64,000 bases of DNA, from contig OZ245838.1 in assembly GCA_965228735.1 (NCBI GenBank), forward strand, positions 5,856,001 through 5,920,000, written 5' to 3'. A program made the translations under genes and the position numbers. The notes beneath the pieces are model-generated. The model made no database searches. It was not told where the DNA came from and saw nothing but the letters and a program-made list of their open reading frames with translations. Below, piece after piece: positions 37,102-45,280 of this stretch. Source of the DNA: Planctomycetota bacterium (lineage in GTDB: Bacteria; Planctomycetota; UBA1135; UBA2386). Each line of letters starts with the position of its first letter. Position 1 is the first letter of the stretch.

Positions 37102-38319
37102 TCAGCGCGCTTCCACGCGCACGGCGTCGCCGAGGAACGTCATGAGCTCGCGCACTTTGTCGTAGTCGTCGTGCCGTACGCGGAACCACGTATTGACGAG
37201 CCAGCCCTTCTCGAGCGGCAGCGTCGGTGCGCCGGGTGCCGGCACCGCCATGTCGTAGACGAACTCGCCGCACCGGCGCAGCGCGAGCTCGAGGCCGTGG
37301 TGCCGCACGTAGCGGCCGTCGCGATTCGGGCGGATCTGGATCGACCCCGCGGCGAGGCGGCGTGACGGGCTCGCTTCGCTCGGTCGTCCGAGGATCGCGA
37401 GCGCCCATTCACGGTAGACGTCGAAGTCGTTTGCGACGCGATACATGTCCCAGATCATCTCACCCGCCGGCCGGGCGCCGATCTCGGAGAACTTCAGCCC
37501 CTTCGGACCGAAGAACCACTCCATGTGCGTCGCTGCGCCGCGCAGTTCCAGTGCGTCGATCACGCGCCGGCCGACTTCGCGCAGTTCGCGATAACCGTCG
37601 CCATCGATGCGGTTGGTCACGGCGATCTGTGGCGCGACCTTGCGGTCGTTCGCGGCTTCGAGACAGCCTGGGTAGTAGTGCGCAGCGAAGTCGTGGCGCA
37701 CGCCGTCGTTGCCGACGATCGTGTCGTAGAAGCCCTCGTGGCCCTCGATGAACTCCTCGATCGCAGCCGGGCGCTTGGCGCTCGGTCGCAGCTTCTGCAG
37801 CGCGTCGTCGAGTTGCGCGCGATCTTCGACCCGAAACGTCGCGAGCGAACCGAAGCCGGCGAGTGGCTTGAGGATCAGCGGGTAGCCCTCGCGCTCGGCG
37901 AACTCGTGCGCGTCCGCGGCCTTCTTCACCGCCGCCGACTGCGCGCACGGGATGTCGTGTTGCCGCAAGAACTCCTTCATCGCGACCTTGTCGCGGCACA
38001 GGCGCGCCGTCGCGACGGTCGGGCCCGGCAGGGCGAAGTGTTCGCGCAGCGCGGCCGCCTGTTCGACCAGCGGTTCGTCGATCGTCTCGACCCGGTCGAA
38101 CGGCGTCCGGGCGAGCTCCTCCGCGCAGCGCGTGAGTTCTTCGACGCTCAGCGGGTTCTTGCACTGCCGATAGCCGCCGAGCAGGTCGCGGGCGGCGCGC
38201 GACAGGCTCGCTTCGGGTTGCACGCCGATCGCCGATAGCGTGACCCCGAGCCCCGTGAGGCCGCGGAGGAAGCCGTGGTTGTAGACGTGGGTGTCGGGGG
38301 CGAGGAACAGGACGTGCAT
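37102..38319 (-). CDS. ATP-grasp domain protein
   Basis: RDKVAMKE, GYPLILKP..GS, EEFIEGHE, THMEWF, FSEIGARP. Alternative start 38334. Confidence 0.85.
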   Translation of the reverse strand: MHVLFLAPDTHVYNHGFLRGLTGLGVTLSAIGVQPEASLSRAARDLLGGYRQCKNPLSVEELTRCAEELARTPFDRVETIDEPLVEQAAALREHFALPGPTVATARLCRDKVAMKEFLRQHDIPCAQSAAVKKAADAHEFAEREGYPLILKPLAGFGSLATFRVEDRAQLDDALQKLRPSAKRPAAIEEFIEGHEGFYDTIVGNDGVRHDFAAHYYPGCLEAANDRKVAPQIAVTNRIDGDGYRELREVGRRVIDALELRGAATHMEWFFGPKGLKFSEIGARPAGEMIWDMYRVANDFDVYREWALAILGRPSEASPSRRLAAGSIQIRPNRDGRYVRHHGLELALRRCGEFVYDMAVPAPGAPTLPLEKGWLVNTWFRVRHDDYDKVRELMTFLGDAVRVEAR

Positions 38320-38352
38320 CGGGCCGCCCATCATGCAGCACGCCGCGGCGCG

Positions 38353-38814
38353 TTACGAGCGAGGCTGCACCTTGCCGTCACGCACCGTCAGCACGAGCGT
38401 CACGGGGCCGTCGTTCACGAGCTCAACCTGCATCGAGGCGCCGAAGCGCCCGGTCGCGACCGGGACGCCGTGGTCGGTGAGCGCGGCGGCAACGCGTTCG
38501 TAGAGCGGTTTCGCGAGCTCGGGGTCGGCCGCCGCGGTGAAGTCCGGCCGGTTGCCGCGGCGGAGCTCGGCGGCGAGCGTGAACTGGCTGACGACGAGGC
38601 AGCTGCCGCCGATCGCGCGCACGTCGAGGTCCATGGGCTTGCGATCCGGAAAGACGCGCAGCGCGGCGATCTTCTTCGCCGTCGCGTCCGCGTCGGCCGG
38701 CACGTCGCCGTCCTCGACACCGACGAACGCGAGCAGACCGCGTTCGATCGCAGAGACGGTCTCGCCGTCGACGAGGACGCGCGCGCCGAGAACCCGCTGG
38801 ACCACGGTGATCAC
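38353..38814 (-). CDS. dtd: D-aminoacyl-tRNA deacylase
   Basis: VVQRV, LVVSQFTL, GNRPDF, FGASMQVELVNDGPVT. Confidence 0.95.
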   Translation of the reverse strand: MITVVQRVLGARVLVDGETVSAIERGLLAFVGVEDGDVPADADATAKKIAALRVFPDRKPMDLDVRAIGGSCLVVSQFTLAAELRRGNRPDFTAAADPELAKPLYERVAAALTDHGVPVATGRFGASMQVELVNDGPVTLVLTVRDGKVQPRS

Positions 38815-38893
38815 GCGCGGACGGTAGCTGGTACGCAAACGCCCCGCGACCCTCGACGGGGCGCGGGGCGCGCGAATCGCCGGTTGACGGCTC

Positions 38894-39367
38894 CTACGCC
38901 TTCCGCACGGCGATGCGCCGGGCCTGGGCCTCGGGAGCCTTCGCGACGGTGACCGTCAGCACACCGTTCTCGTAGACGGCGTCGACCTGGTCGTTCGCCG
39001 CGTCGCGCGGCAGCGAGATGGCGCGGACGAAGCGGCCGTAGCGGTGCTCGACGCGGTGCCACTTGCGCTTCGGCTGGTCGTTCTCGTCGGCCTTGGACTG
39101 CGCCTCGCGCGTGTCCTTGCGCTCGGCGCTGACCGTCAGCGTGTGGTCGTGCAGGTCGACCTGGATGTCGGACTCCTGCAGGCCCGGCAGCTCGAACGCC
39201 AGCTCGTAGGCCGTGTCGGTCTCGCTGATGTTCGCGAGCGGGGCGACGGTCTGGTTGCCGCCGGCGAGTCCGTGCCCGAGCCACGCGTCGCTGTCCGAGA
39301 ACAGCTGGAACAGGCTCTGGAACGGGTCGCGCAGGGTCGGGGTCCGGGACTTGGTGGTGGTCAGCAT
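38894..39367 (-). CDS. Hsp20/alpha-crystallin small heat-shock protein
   Basis: ELPG, ERK, YGRFVRAISLP, AVYENGVLTVTVAK; SD AAGGAG before ATG 39367. Confidence 0.95.
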   Translation of the reverse strand: MLTTTKSRTPTLRDPFQSLFQLFSDSDAWLGHGLAGGNQTVAPLANISETDTAYELAFELPGLQESDIQVDLHDHTLTVSAERKDTREAQSKADENDQPKRKWHRVEHRYGRFVRAISLPRDAANDQVDAVYENGVLTVTVAKAPEAQARRIAVRKA

Positions 39368-39415
39368 TGCGTTCACTCCTTGGGTTGGTGGTTGGGTTTG
39401 CTCGAGTGAATGCGA

Positions 39416-39431
39416 TGCAACGCCTGTGCCA
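39416..39431 (-). promoter_or_regulatory. Sigma54 -24/-12 promoter of hsp20
   Basis: TGGCACAGGCGTTGCA matches the TGGCAC-N5-TTGCA consensus. Confidence 0.85.
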
Positions 39432-39509
39432 TTTCGGCGAAGATAACGTAAGTAACTATATTCATTAGCCTTCCAGGCCTCTGACGCACGGTCGGTGCGC
39501 GGCGTAGAA

Positions 39510-39525
39510 GTGCCAACATGACATG
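39510..39525 (-). promoter_or_regulatory. Palindromic upstream activator site (CATGTCA-N3-TGGCAC) for hsp20
   Basis: CATGTCATGTTGGCAC on the minus strand; same motif and spacing as at clpB. Confidence 0.65.
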
Positions 39526-39554
39526 TTAATGCCAGAACGGCTGGCAGGTCTCGG

Positions 39555-41111
39555 TCAGCTCGGCAGCCGCAGTTTGCGCCGCAGGCGCTCGATCGTCGCA
39601 GCCACGCTCCGGCGCCGGGCGTCGCGGGCCGCGAGCCGTTGCTGCATGAGTGCGCCCAGGGCCGGCCCCGTGAGCGGCTCCTCCCGGCAGTCCTCGAGGA
39701 TGCGGTTCGACCAGCCGGCGAGCCGTTCGAGCGCGGTGTCCTCGTCGCACAGCTTGCCGAGCGTCCGCTGCAGCTTGGCGAGGCGCTTCCGCAGCTTGTT
39801 CAGGCCCGGTCCGGGTGCTGTGGGCAGGACGTCGCCGAAATCGTCGACGAGGTAGCGCAGTTGCTTGGCCAGGAGGCGTGCGGCGTGGAAGTCCTCGACG
39901 GGCGACGCCTCCGTGAGCTCGCGGGCGCAGCGGCGCAGCTCGGTGGCCTGACGCGCGAGCGTCGCCGCGGCGGCCTTCGCGATCGGGCCGTCGTTGGCGT
40001 GCTGCTCGGGGTCGAATGCGGTCGCGAGTTCGGCGAAGCGCTGGCCATCATCGAGGCGGCTCGGCGCGCGCAGCCAGGCCAGCAGGTCGCGGCGAGCTCG
40101 GCTGGCGTTGTCGCGCACCCACGTCGCGACTCGCTCGCCACCGGGCCCGAGGAGCGCGGGCAGCGCGTCGAGCTGAGCGGGCAACGCGGCCACCATCACG
40201 TCGAGATCGCGCACGCGACCGAGCTCGTGCGCGAGAGCGCGCAGGTGCTGCCGCATCCAGCGGGCTTCGTCGACCGGCCAGAGGTCCCGGAATGCCGATG
40301 CGGTCGTTCGCAGCCGACGCACCGCCACGCGCATCTCGTGCACGTGCTCGGGGGCATCGTCCTGCCGCGCGCAGGTCTCCGCCTGTTGCATCGCCCCGAG
40401 GTGCACCAGCAGGGCGCAGCGGATCGCCTCGGTCGTCTTCGAGTCGGCATCGAACGTGAGCTCGCCGCTCGGCAACGCGATGCCGAGCAGATGGGCGGCG
40501 TGCGTCGGTTTGTCGCGGCTCGCGGGCTCGACCTTGAGCGCGTGCTCGAGCCGCGCGGCCAGCAATTCGCACGTCGGGATGTCTTCATCGGCGACGACCT
40601 CCATCTCGATCTCGCTGAACTCGACCGAGCGGCCGGCGCCATGCGCCTTCACCGTGTCGACGACCAGTTCACAGAGATCGCGGCCTTCGACCGTGAGGTC
40701 GCGACTCTCGCGCTCGACGTCGATGCGGAGGATCGGGATCAGCGGTCGGCGCATGACGATCGGTTCGATCGCGTCGCGCAGGATCTCGGGCAGCGCGGTC
40801 GCGGCCGCGGGTGTCGTCGAGGACGGCCAGCTGGCCTCGAGTTCTTCCCGCACGAACAACGCGCCGTCGCGGCGGCCGCGGCGCTTGCACGTGATCGTCG
40901 AGCCGTTGCCGCTGCCGTTGACGCGCACGCGCAGGCCGATGCCGTGGCGGCTCAGCGACCTCAGGCCATCGTCGAGGTAGATGTCGTTGTGGCGGCGTGA
41001 TCCCGAACTCGCGACCTCGGCAGACGACTCGCGGATCACGGCATCGACGCGCGCGATCTCGAGCGGCCGCGTGGCGCGGAGCTTGAACTCGGTTTCGACG
41101 TTGCCGGTCAT
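39555..41111 (-). CDS. CYTH-CHAD domain protein
   Basis: ETEFK, DIYLD, REELE, EIEME (CYTH); VHEMRVAVRRLR, LGRVRDLDV, FHAARLLAKQLRY (CHAD). Confidence 0.9.
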   Translation of the reverse strand: MTGNVETEFKLRATRPLEIARVDAVIRESSAEVASSGSRRHNDIYLDDGLRSLSRHGIGLRVRVNGSGNGSTITCKRRGRRDGALFVREELEASWPSSTTPAAATALPEILRDAIEPIVMRRPLIPILRIDVERESRDLTVEGRDLCELVVDTVKAHGAGRSVEFSEIEMEVVADEDIPTCELLAARLEHALKVEPASRDKPTHAAHLLGIALPSGELTFDADSKTTEAIRCALLVHLGAMQQAETCARQDDAPEHVHEMRVAVRRLRTTASAFRDLWPVDEARWMRQHLRALAHELGRVRDLDVMVAALPAQLDALPALLGPGGERVATWVRDNASRARRDLLAWLRAPSRLDDGQRFAELATAFDPEQHANDGPIAKAAAATLARQATELRRCARELTEASPVEDFHAARLLAKQLRYLVDDFGDVLPTAPGPGLNKLRKRLAKLQRTLGKLCDEDTALERLAGWSNRILEDCREEPLTGPALGALMQQRLAARDARRRSVAATIERLRRKLRLPS

Positions 41112-41134
41112 CGGGGAAGTGCTGGCGCGCGGAT

Positions 41135-42682
41135 TCAGGGTGTCACGAGCTTGACGTTGCGGTCGAAGAGGCCGGCGAACAGGGCGCCCTTGCGACCGAG
41201 GGTTCGGGTCTCGAGGAAGAGGCGGCTCTCGGGGTCGCTGCCGAGCGTGGGGCGCAGCCGGACGTCGCGGTCCGTGACCTCGACCGCGATGTCGCGCACG
41301 ACGCCCGCGTGCTGGCGATCGAGCGCGTCGGCGATGCGGAGGATCGCGGCGAGTCGCTCGACGACCGAGCGATCGCGGCGGCGCAGCGCAGCGAAGTCCG
41401 GGTGATCGCGATTCGGTTCGGCCTTGCGGTGGTAGCGCGCGACGAGCGCGACGAGGTGCCGCTCTTCCTCGGTCAGCCCGACGAGGTCGCTCGCCTCGAT
41501 CAGGTACTGCGAGTGCTTGTGATGGCCGTCGTTGTTCACGGCGACCCCGACGTCGTGCAGCAGCGCCGCCGCTTCCAGCAGCGCGCGCGCGCGCTCGTCG
41601 AGCCCGTGCAGCCCCTTGGTCTGATCGAAGATCCGGCGCGCGAGGTGCAGGACGATCTCCGCGTGGTCGGCTTCGAAGTGGAACCGCCGGCCCATGGCGC
41701 GGCACGACGACAGCACGACCTCGAGGTGGTCCTCGGCCTGGAACGAAGTCAGGTGGCCTTGCGCGACTTCCTGCAGCAGACCGTCCTTGATGCCCGCGCG
41801 TGGCACGAGAATCGTCTCGGTGCCGGCGAGCTGTCCGAGCCGGACGTAGACGATGCCGGCTGGCACGATCGTATCGGCGCGGTCGGGCCGCAGGTCGAAC
41901 TTCGCCATGCGGTCCGCGACGCTCATCGCCGCGAGTTCCTCGACCATCGCGTTGGCGTCCGTCAGCTCGATGCTCTGCACGCCGGCCGTCGTCTGTTCGC
42001 CGATCCGCGCCGCGACGAGCTCGGCGATGCACTCGATGTTGCCGCCGACCGCGACGTAGCGATCGATCGAGCCCGAGTCGAAGCGGTCCTTGATGCGGCG
42101 TTCGAGGCTGTGAAGGTGCCGGTGCAGCAGGTCGGCGAACGACTCGCCCGACTCCTCCGCTTCGGCGAGCGCGGACAGCATGCGCAGCGCGCCGAGGCGG
42201 TAGGAGTCCGCGGTCGCGACGTTGCCGTTCTCGACGATCATGACCTCGACCGAGCCGCCGCCGACGTCGACGAGCAGGGAGCGCCCTTGCCCGAGGTCCA
42301 CGCACGTTTCGACCCCGAGCTTGAGCAGGTAGGCCTCCTGCGTGCCGGAGATCACCTCGATCTCGATGCCGCACGCCTCGCGGACGCGGTCGGACAGCAT
42401 GTGGCGGTTGTGCGCGTCGCGCATCGCCGACGTCGCGATCGCGCGCGTCGACTCGACGCCGTGGCGTTCGCAGTCGAGGCGAAAGCGCCGGAACGCGTCC
42501 ACCGCCGCGGCGATCTCCGCATCGGGAATACGCCCGGTCTGGAACACCACCTGCCCGAGGCGTACCGGCACGCGGTGGCTCTCGATGATCGAGATGGTGT
42601 GGTCCTCGCCCGCCTCCGCGATCGCGAACCGGATCGCGTTGCTACCCATGTCGACGATGCCGAAGCGCGGCGGCTTGACCAT
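41135..42682 (-). CDS. ppx: Ppx/GppA exopolyphosphatase with HD domain
   Basis: DMGSNAIR, ATSAMRDA, ISGTQEA, DVGGGSVE, RADTI, LHDVG, HHKHS. Confidence 0.92.
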   Translation of the reverse strand: MVKPPRFGIVDMGSNAIRFAIAEAGEDHTISIIESHRVPVRLGQVVFQTGRIPDAEIAAAVDAFRRFRLDCERHGVESTRAIATSAMRDAHNRHMLSDRVREACGIEIEVISGTQEAYLLKLGVETCVDLGQGRSLLVDVGGGSVEVMIVENGNVATADSYRLGALRMLSALAEAEESGESFADLLHRHLHSLERRIKDRFDSGSIDRYVAVGGNIECIAELVAARIGEQTTAGVQSIELTDANAMVEELAAMSVADRMAKFDLRPDRADTIVPAGIVYVRLGQLAGTETILVPRAGIKDGLLQEVAQGHLTSFQAEDHLEVVLSSCRAMGRRFHFEADHAEIVLHLARRIFDQTKGLHGLDERARALLEAAALLHDVGVAVNNDGHHKHSQYLIEASDLVGLTEEERHLVALVARYHRKAEPNRDHPDFAALRRRDRSVVERLAAILRIADALDRQHAGVVRDIAVEVTDRDVRLRPTLGSDPESRLFLETRTLGRKGALFAGLFDRNVKLVTP

Positions 42683-42772
42683 AGATCAGTACCGTACCCG
42701 ACTCGCGCTGGTGAGACACGCCGCTCGTTCCGCGGCCACATTCTGGCCTCCGAACGCTATTCTGGTGGACCG

Positions 42773-43432
42773 ATGACCGACTCCGAGAAGCCGCCCGAAG
42801 GCCAGGACCAGGACGACCTGCTGTCGAGCACGTTGCGCTACGTGCGTTCGGTGCAGGGCGGCGACGCCGCCGGCACGGATGACAGCGACGTGTCGTGGGC
42901 GAACCTCAGCGACAAGTGCGGCCGCTGGGTCACCGAGGCCGCGCACGGGCAGAACCTGCCGCCCGACAAGAGCCTCGAGGACCTCACGCAGGAGGTCATG
43001 CTGCAGGTGTTCCGCGACATCGGCGACTTCCAGGTCGAACCGGGGGCGTCGTTCTCCGGTTGGGTGCGCACGATCACGCAGCGCAAGCTCAGCGACTACT
43101 GGCGCCGCGCCCGCGCGCAGAAGCGCGGCGGCGGCAAGACGAAGCACCTCGGCGACCTCGACGAGACCGGCGGTCGCGAAGCGTTCGCCGACGACAAGGT
43201 CGAACGGCAGAGCATGATCCTGCGCTACAAAGAGCTGCGCGAGGGCCTCGAGCGCGCGCTCGCCGAACTCAGCGACCGCCACAAGCGCGTGCTCGAGCTC
43301 CGGCTCTTCCAGGGCAAGAGCTACGCCGAGATCATGCCGCTGCTCGGCTACGACAAGGAGGTCACGGTGCGCTCCCTCCACATGCGCGCGCTGCAGCGCC
43401 TCCAAGAACTCCTCGGCGGCTTCGCCGGCTGA
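42773..43432 (+). CDS. ECF sigma-70 factor
   Basis: LEDLTQEV, FSGWVRTI, LSDYWR; region 4 LSDRHKRVLELR..SYAEI..VRSLHMRALQRL. Confidence 0.85.
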   Translation: MTDSEKPPEGQDQDDLLSSTLRYVRSVQGGDAAGTDDSDVSWANLSDKCGRWVTEAAHGQNLPPDKSLEDLTQEVMLQVFRDIGDFQVEPGASFSGWVRTITQRKLSDYWRRARAQKRGGGKTKHLGDLDETGGREAFADDKVERQSMILRYKELREGLERALAELSDRHKRVLELRLFQGKSYAEIMPLLGYDKEVTVRSLHMRALQRLQELLGGFAG

Positions 43433-43434
43433 AC

Positions 43435-43455
43435 GGGGTCGCGTACGCAACCCCG
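43435..43455. terminator. Hairpin between convergent genes
   Basis: CGGGGTCGCG-TA-CGCAACCCCG-type stem between stops 43432 and 43464. Confidence 0.4.
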
Positions 43456-43463
43456 CCAGCGCG

Positions 43464-44951
43464 TTACTGGATCGTCATCGCGAGTTGTGACGAGATGTCG
43501 CCGATGCCGAGTGGTCGGTTCTGGTCGAGGACGACGAACGCGCCGAACAGGTCGATGCCGCTGAGCGAGATCGTCGTCGGCAGGAGCAGGCGCGGGAACG
43601 CGTGGCCGCTGCCGTCCAGCACGCCGAACGAGTCCTGGAAGACCGAGTTGCCGAACGTCAGGGAGACCGTGAGCATCACCGACGGGCCGACCGGGATCGT
43701 GCGATTGTCGGGCAGCGTCAGCGCCGGGCCGGCGTCGAAGGAGAGGCCGGCCGCGTAGGGCATACCGGCCGCCGTCGGCGCGCTGAGCTCGACCGGGATC
43801 GTCGTGCCCTGGATCACGGGTGCGGTCTGGATCATGGCCGGCCGGGTCGCGCCGCCGACCGTGTCGTTGCGCAGCACGGTGACGGTGTTGCTGTCGCGGT
43901 TGCTGCAGACGAGATCGATGTCACCGTCGCGATCGATGTCGCCCGCGGCCATGTGGTCGGGGTGGGTGCCGGCCGGTACCGAACCCGAGAACGCGAACGC
44001 GCCGCCGACGTTGCTCATGATCGACAGGGTGTTGCCGTCCTCGTTCGCCGTGACCAGTTCGGGCCGCTGATCGCCGTCGAGGTCGACCGCCGCCACGAAC
44101 CCGGGCTCGTTGCCGTTCACGAAGACCGTCAGCTGGCCAGCGAACGCGCCGTTGCCCGGGTTGTCGTAGATGCCGACCCGGCCCGCGACCTCGCCGAGCG
44201 CGACGACGAGTTCGAGGTCGCCGTCGCCGTCGGTGTCGGCGGCCGTGACCCATTCCGGTCGCACGTTGGCGCCAACGGGCAGGGTCGCGGTCGCGGCGAA
44301 CGTGCCGCCGCCGAGGTTGCGCAGGACCGTGACGTCACGCGAGTCGTGGTTGCCCACCGCGAGATCGGGGCTGCCGTCACGATCGAAGTCGGCCGCGATG
44401 ACGTTGCGCGGCTCGATCCCGACCGGGATGTTCAACGCCGGGCCGAAGATGCCGCCACCGAGGTTGAGCAGCACCGACACCGTGTTCGAGTCGCGGTTCG
44501 CGACCGCGAGGTCGGGCGTCGACGAGCCGTCGAAGTCGGCGATGGTCAGCCCGCGCGGGTTGACGCCGACGGGATAGAACGTCGCGGTGCCGTACGCGCC
44601 GCCGCCGAGGTTGGACAGGACCGCGACCGCCGCGGCCGTGCTGACGGCGAGGTCGAGGTCGCCGTCGCCGTCGAGGTCGGCGAGCCGCACGGAGCGCGTC
44701 TGCGACGAAACGAAGATGGTGCCGCCGAGGGCGAAGTTGCCTGCGCCGTCGTTGAGGAAGAGCTGCACGCCGTTGACCGGGATGTCGGCCGTGATGGCGA
44801 AATCGAGGTCGCCGTCGCCGTCGACGTCGCCGAGCGCGATCTCGTCGGGGCGGTTGCCGACCGCAACGGTGGTCGTCGAGGTCGTGATCTGCGCGGGCAG
44901 TGCGGCGAGCGCAGTCAGGGCGAAGGGGATCGTGATCGAGAGTTTCTGCAT
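43464..44951 (-). CDS. Secreted FG-GAP/VCBS repeat protein
   Basis: Signal peptide MQKLSITIPFALTALAALPA-Q; seven DxDGDGxxD blades; C-terminal beta domain; SD GGAG. Confidence 0.92.
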   Translation of the reverse strand: MQKLSITIPFALTALAALPAQITTSTTTVAVGNRPDEIALGDVDGDGDLDFAITADIPVNGVQLFLNDGAGNFALGGTIFVSSQTRSVRLADLDGDGDLDLAVSTAAAVAVLSNLGGGAYGTATFYPVGVNPRGLTIADFDGSSTPDLAVANRDSNTVSVLLNLGGGIFGPALNIPVGIEPRNVIAADFDRDGSPDLAVGNHDSRDVTVLRNLGGGTFAATATLPVGANVRPEWVTAADTDGDGDLELVVALGEVAGRVGIYDNPGNGAFAGQLTVFVNGNEPGFVAAVDLDGDQRPELVTANEDGNTLSIMSNVGGAFAFSGSVPAGTHPDHMAAGDIDRDGDIDLVCSNRDSNTVTVLRNDTVGGATRPAMIQTAPVIQGTTIPVELSAPTAAGMPYAAGLSFDAGPALTLPDNRTIPVGPSVMLTVSLTFGNSVFQDSFGVLDGSGHAFPRLLLPTTISLSGIDLFGAFVVLDQNRPLGIGDISSQLAMTIQ

Positions 44952-44991
44952 CGTGTTCTCCGGAAGGGTTGGTGAGTTGGTCCGGACCTGC

Positions 44992-45007
44992 GCACGAACC
45001 GTGCCAA
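44992..45007 (-). promoter_or_regulatory. Putative sigma54 -24/-12 promoter of the FG-GAP gene
   Basis: TTGGCACGGTTCGTGC, about 40 nt upstream of ATG 44951. Confidence 0.75.
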
Positions 45008-45280
45008 CGGCTTCGTGCCCCCTCCGGCGTTCGGAACCCGGACGGTGCCTGTTCGCATCCCGGCCGCTCACGCTCGCCGGGCCGACAGCTGGACGCCGGC
45101 GGTCGGGCAGAACGCCCCCGCTCCGGTGTTCGAGAACCTGACACTTCCGTCGTCGATCCGTACGCTTCCCGGGTGCACGGGCCGCGGCACGCGGCTTGTC
45201 CCGACCTCGAACCCCGTCATGTCGCAGCCTCGCATTCCCTTCTCGATCGGCGGCCTGCACCGATCCGCGGAGGCGCGGTC

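Noticed and set aside
39555..42374. 939-aa ORF as one protein (similarly extended starts 41309, 53627, 44969, 24791)
   Set aside because: The N-terminal extensions overlap real genes in other frames; true starts were placed at 41111, 42773, 54767, 45281 and 24203.
39555..42682. ppx plus CYTH-CHAD as a novel system
   Set aside because: This is an established polyphosphate-metabolism gene pairing.
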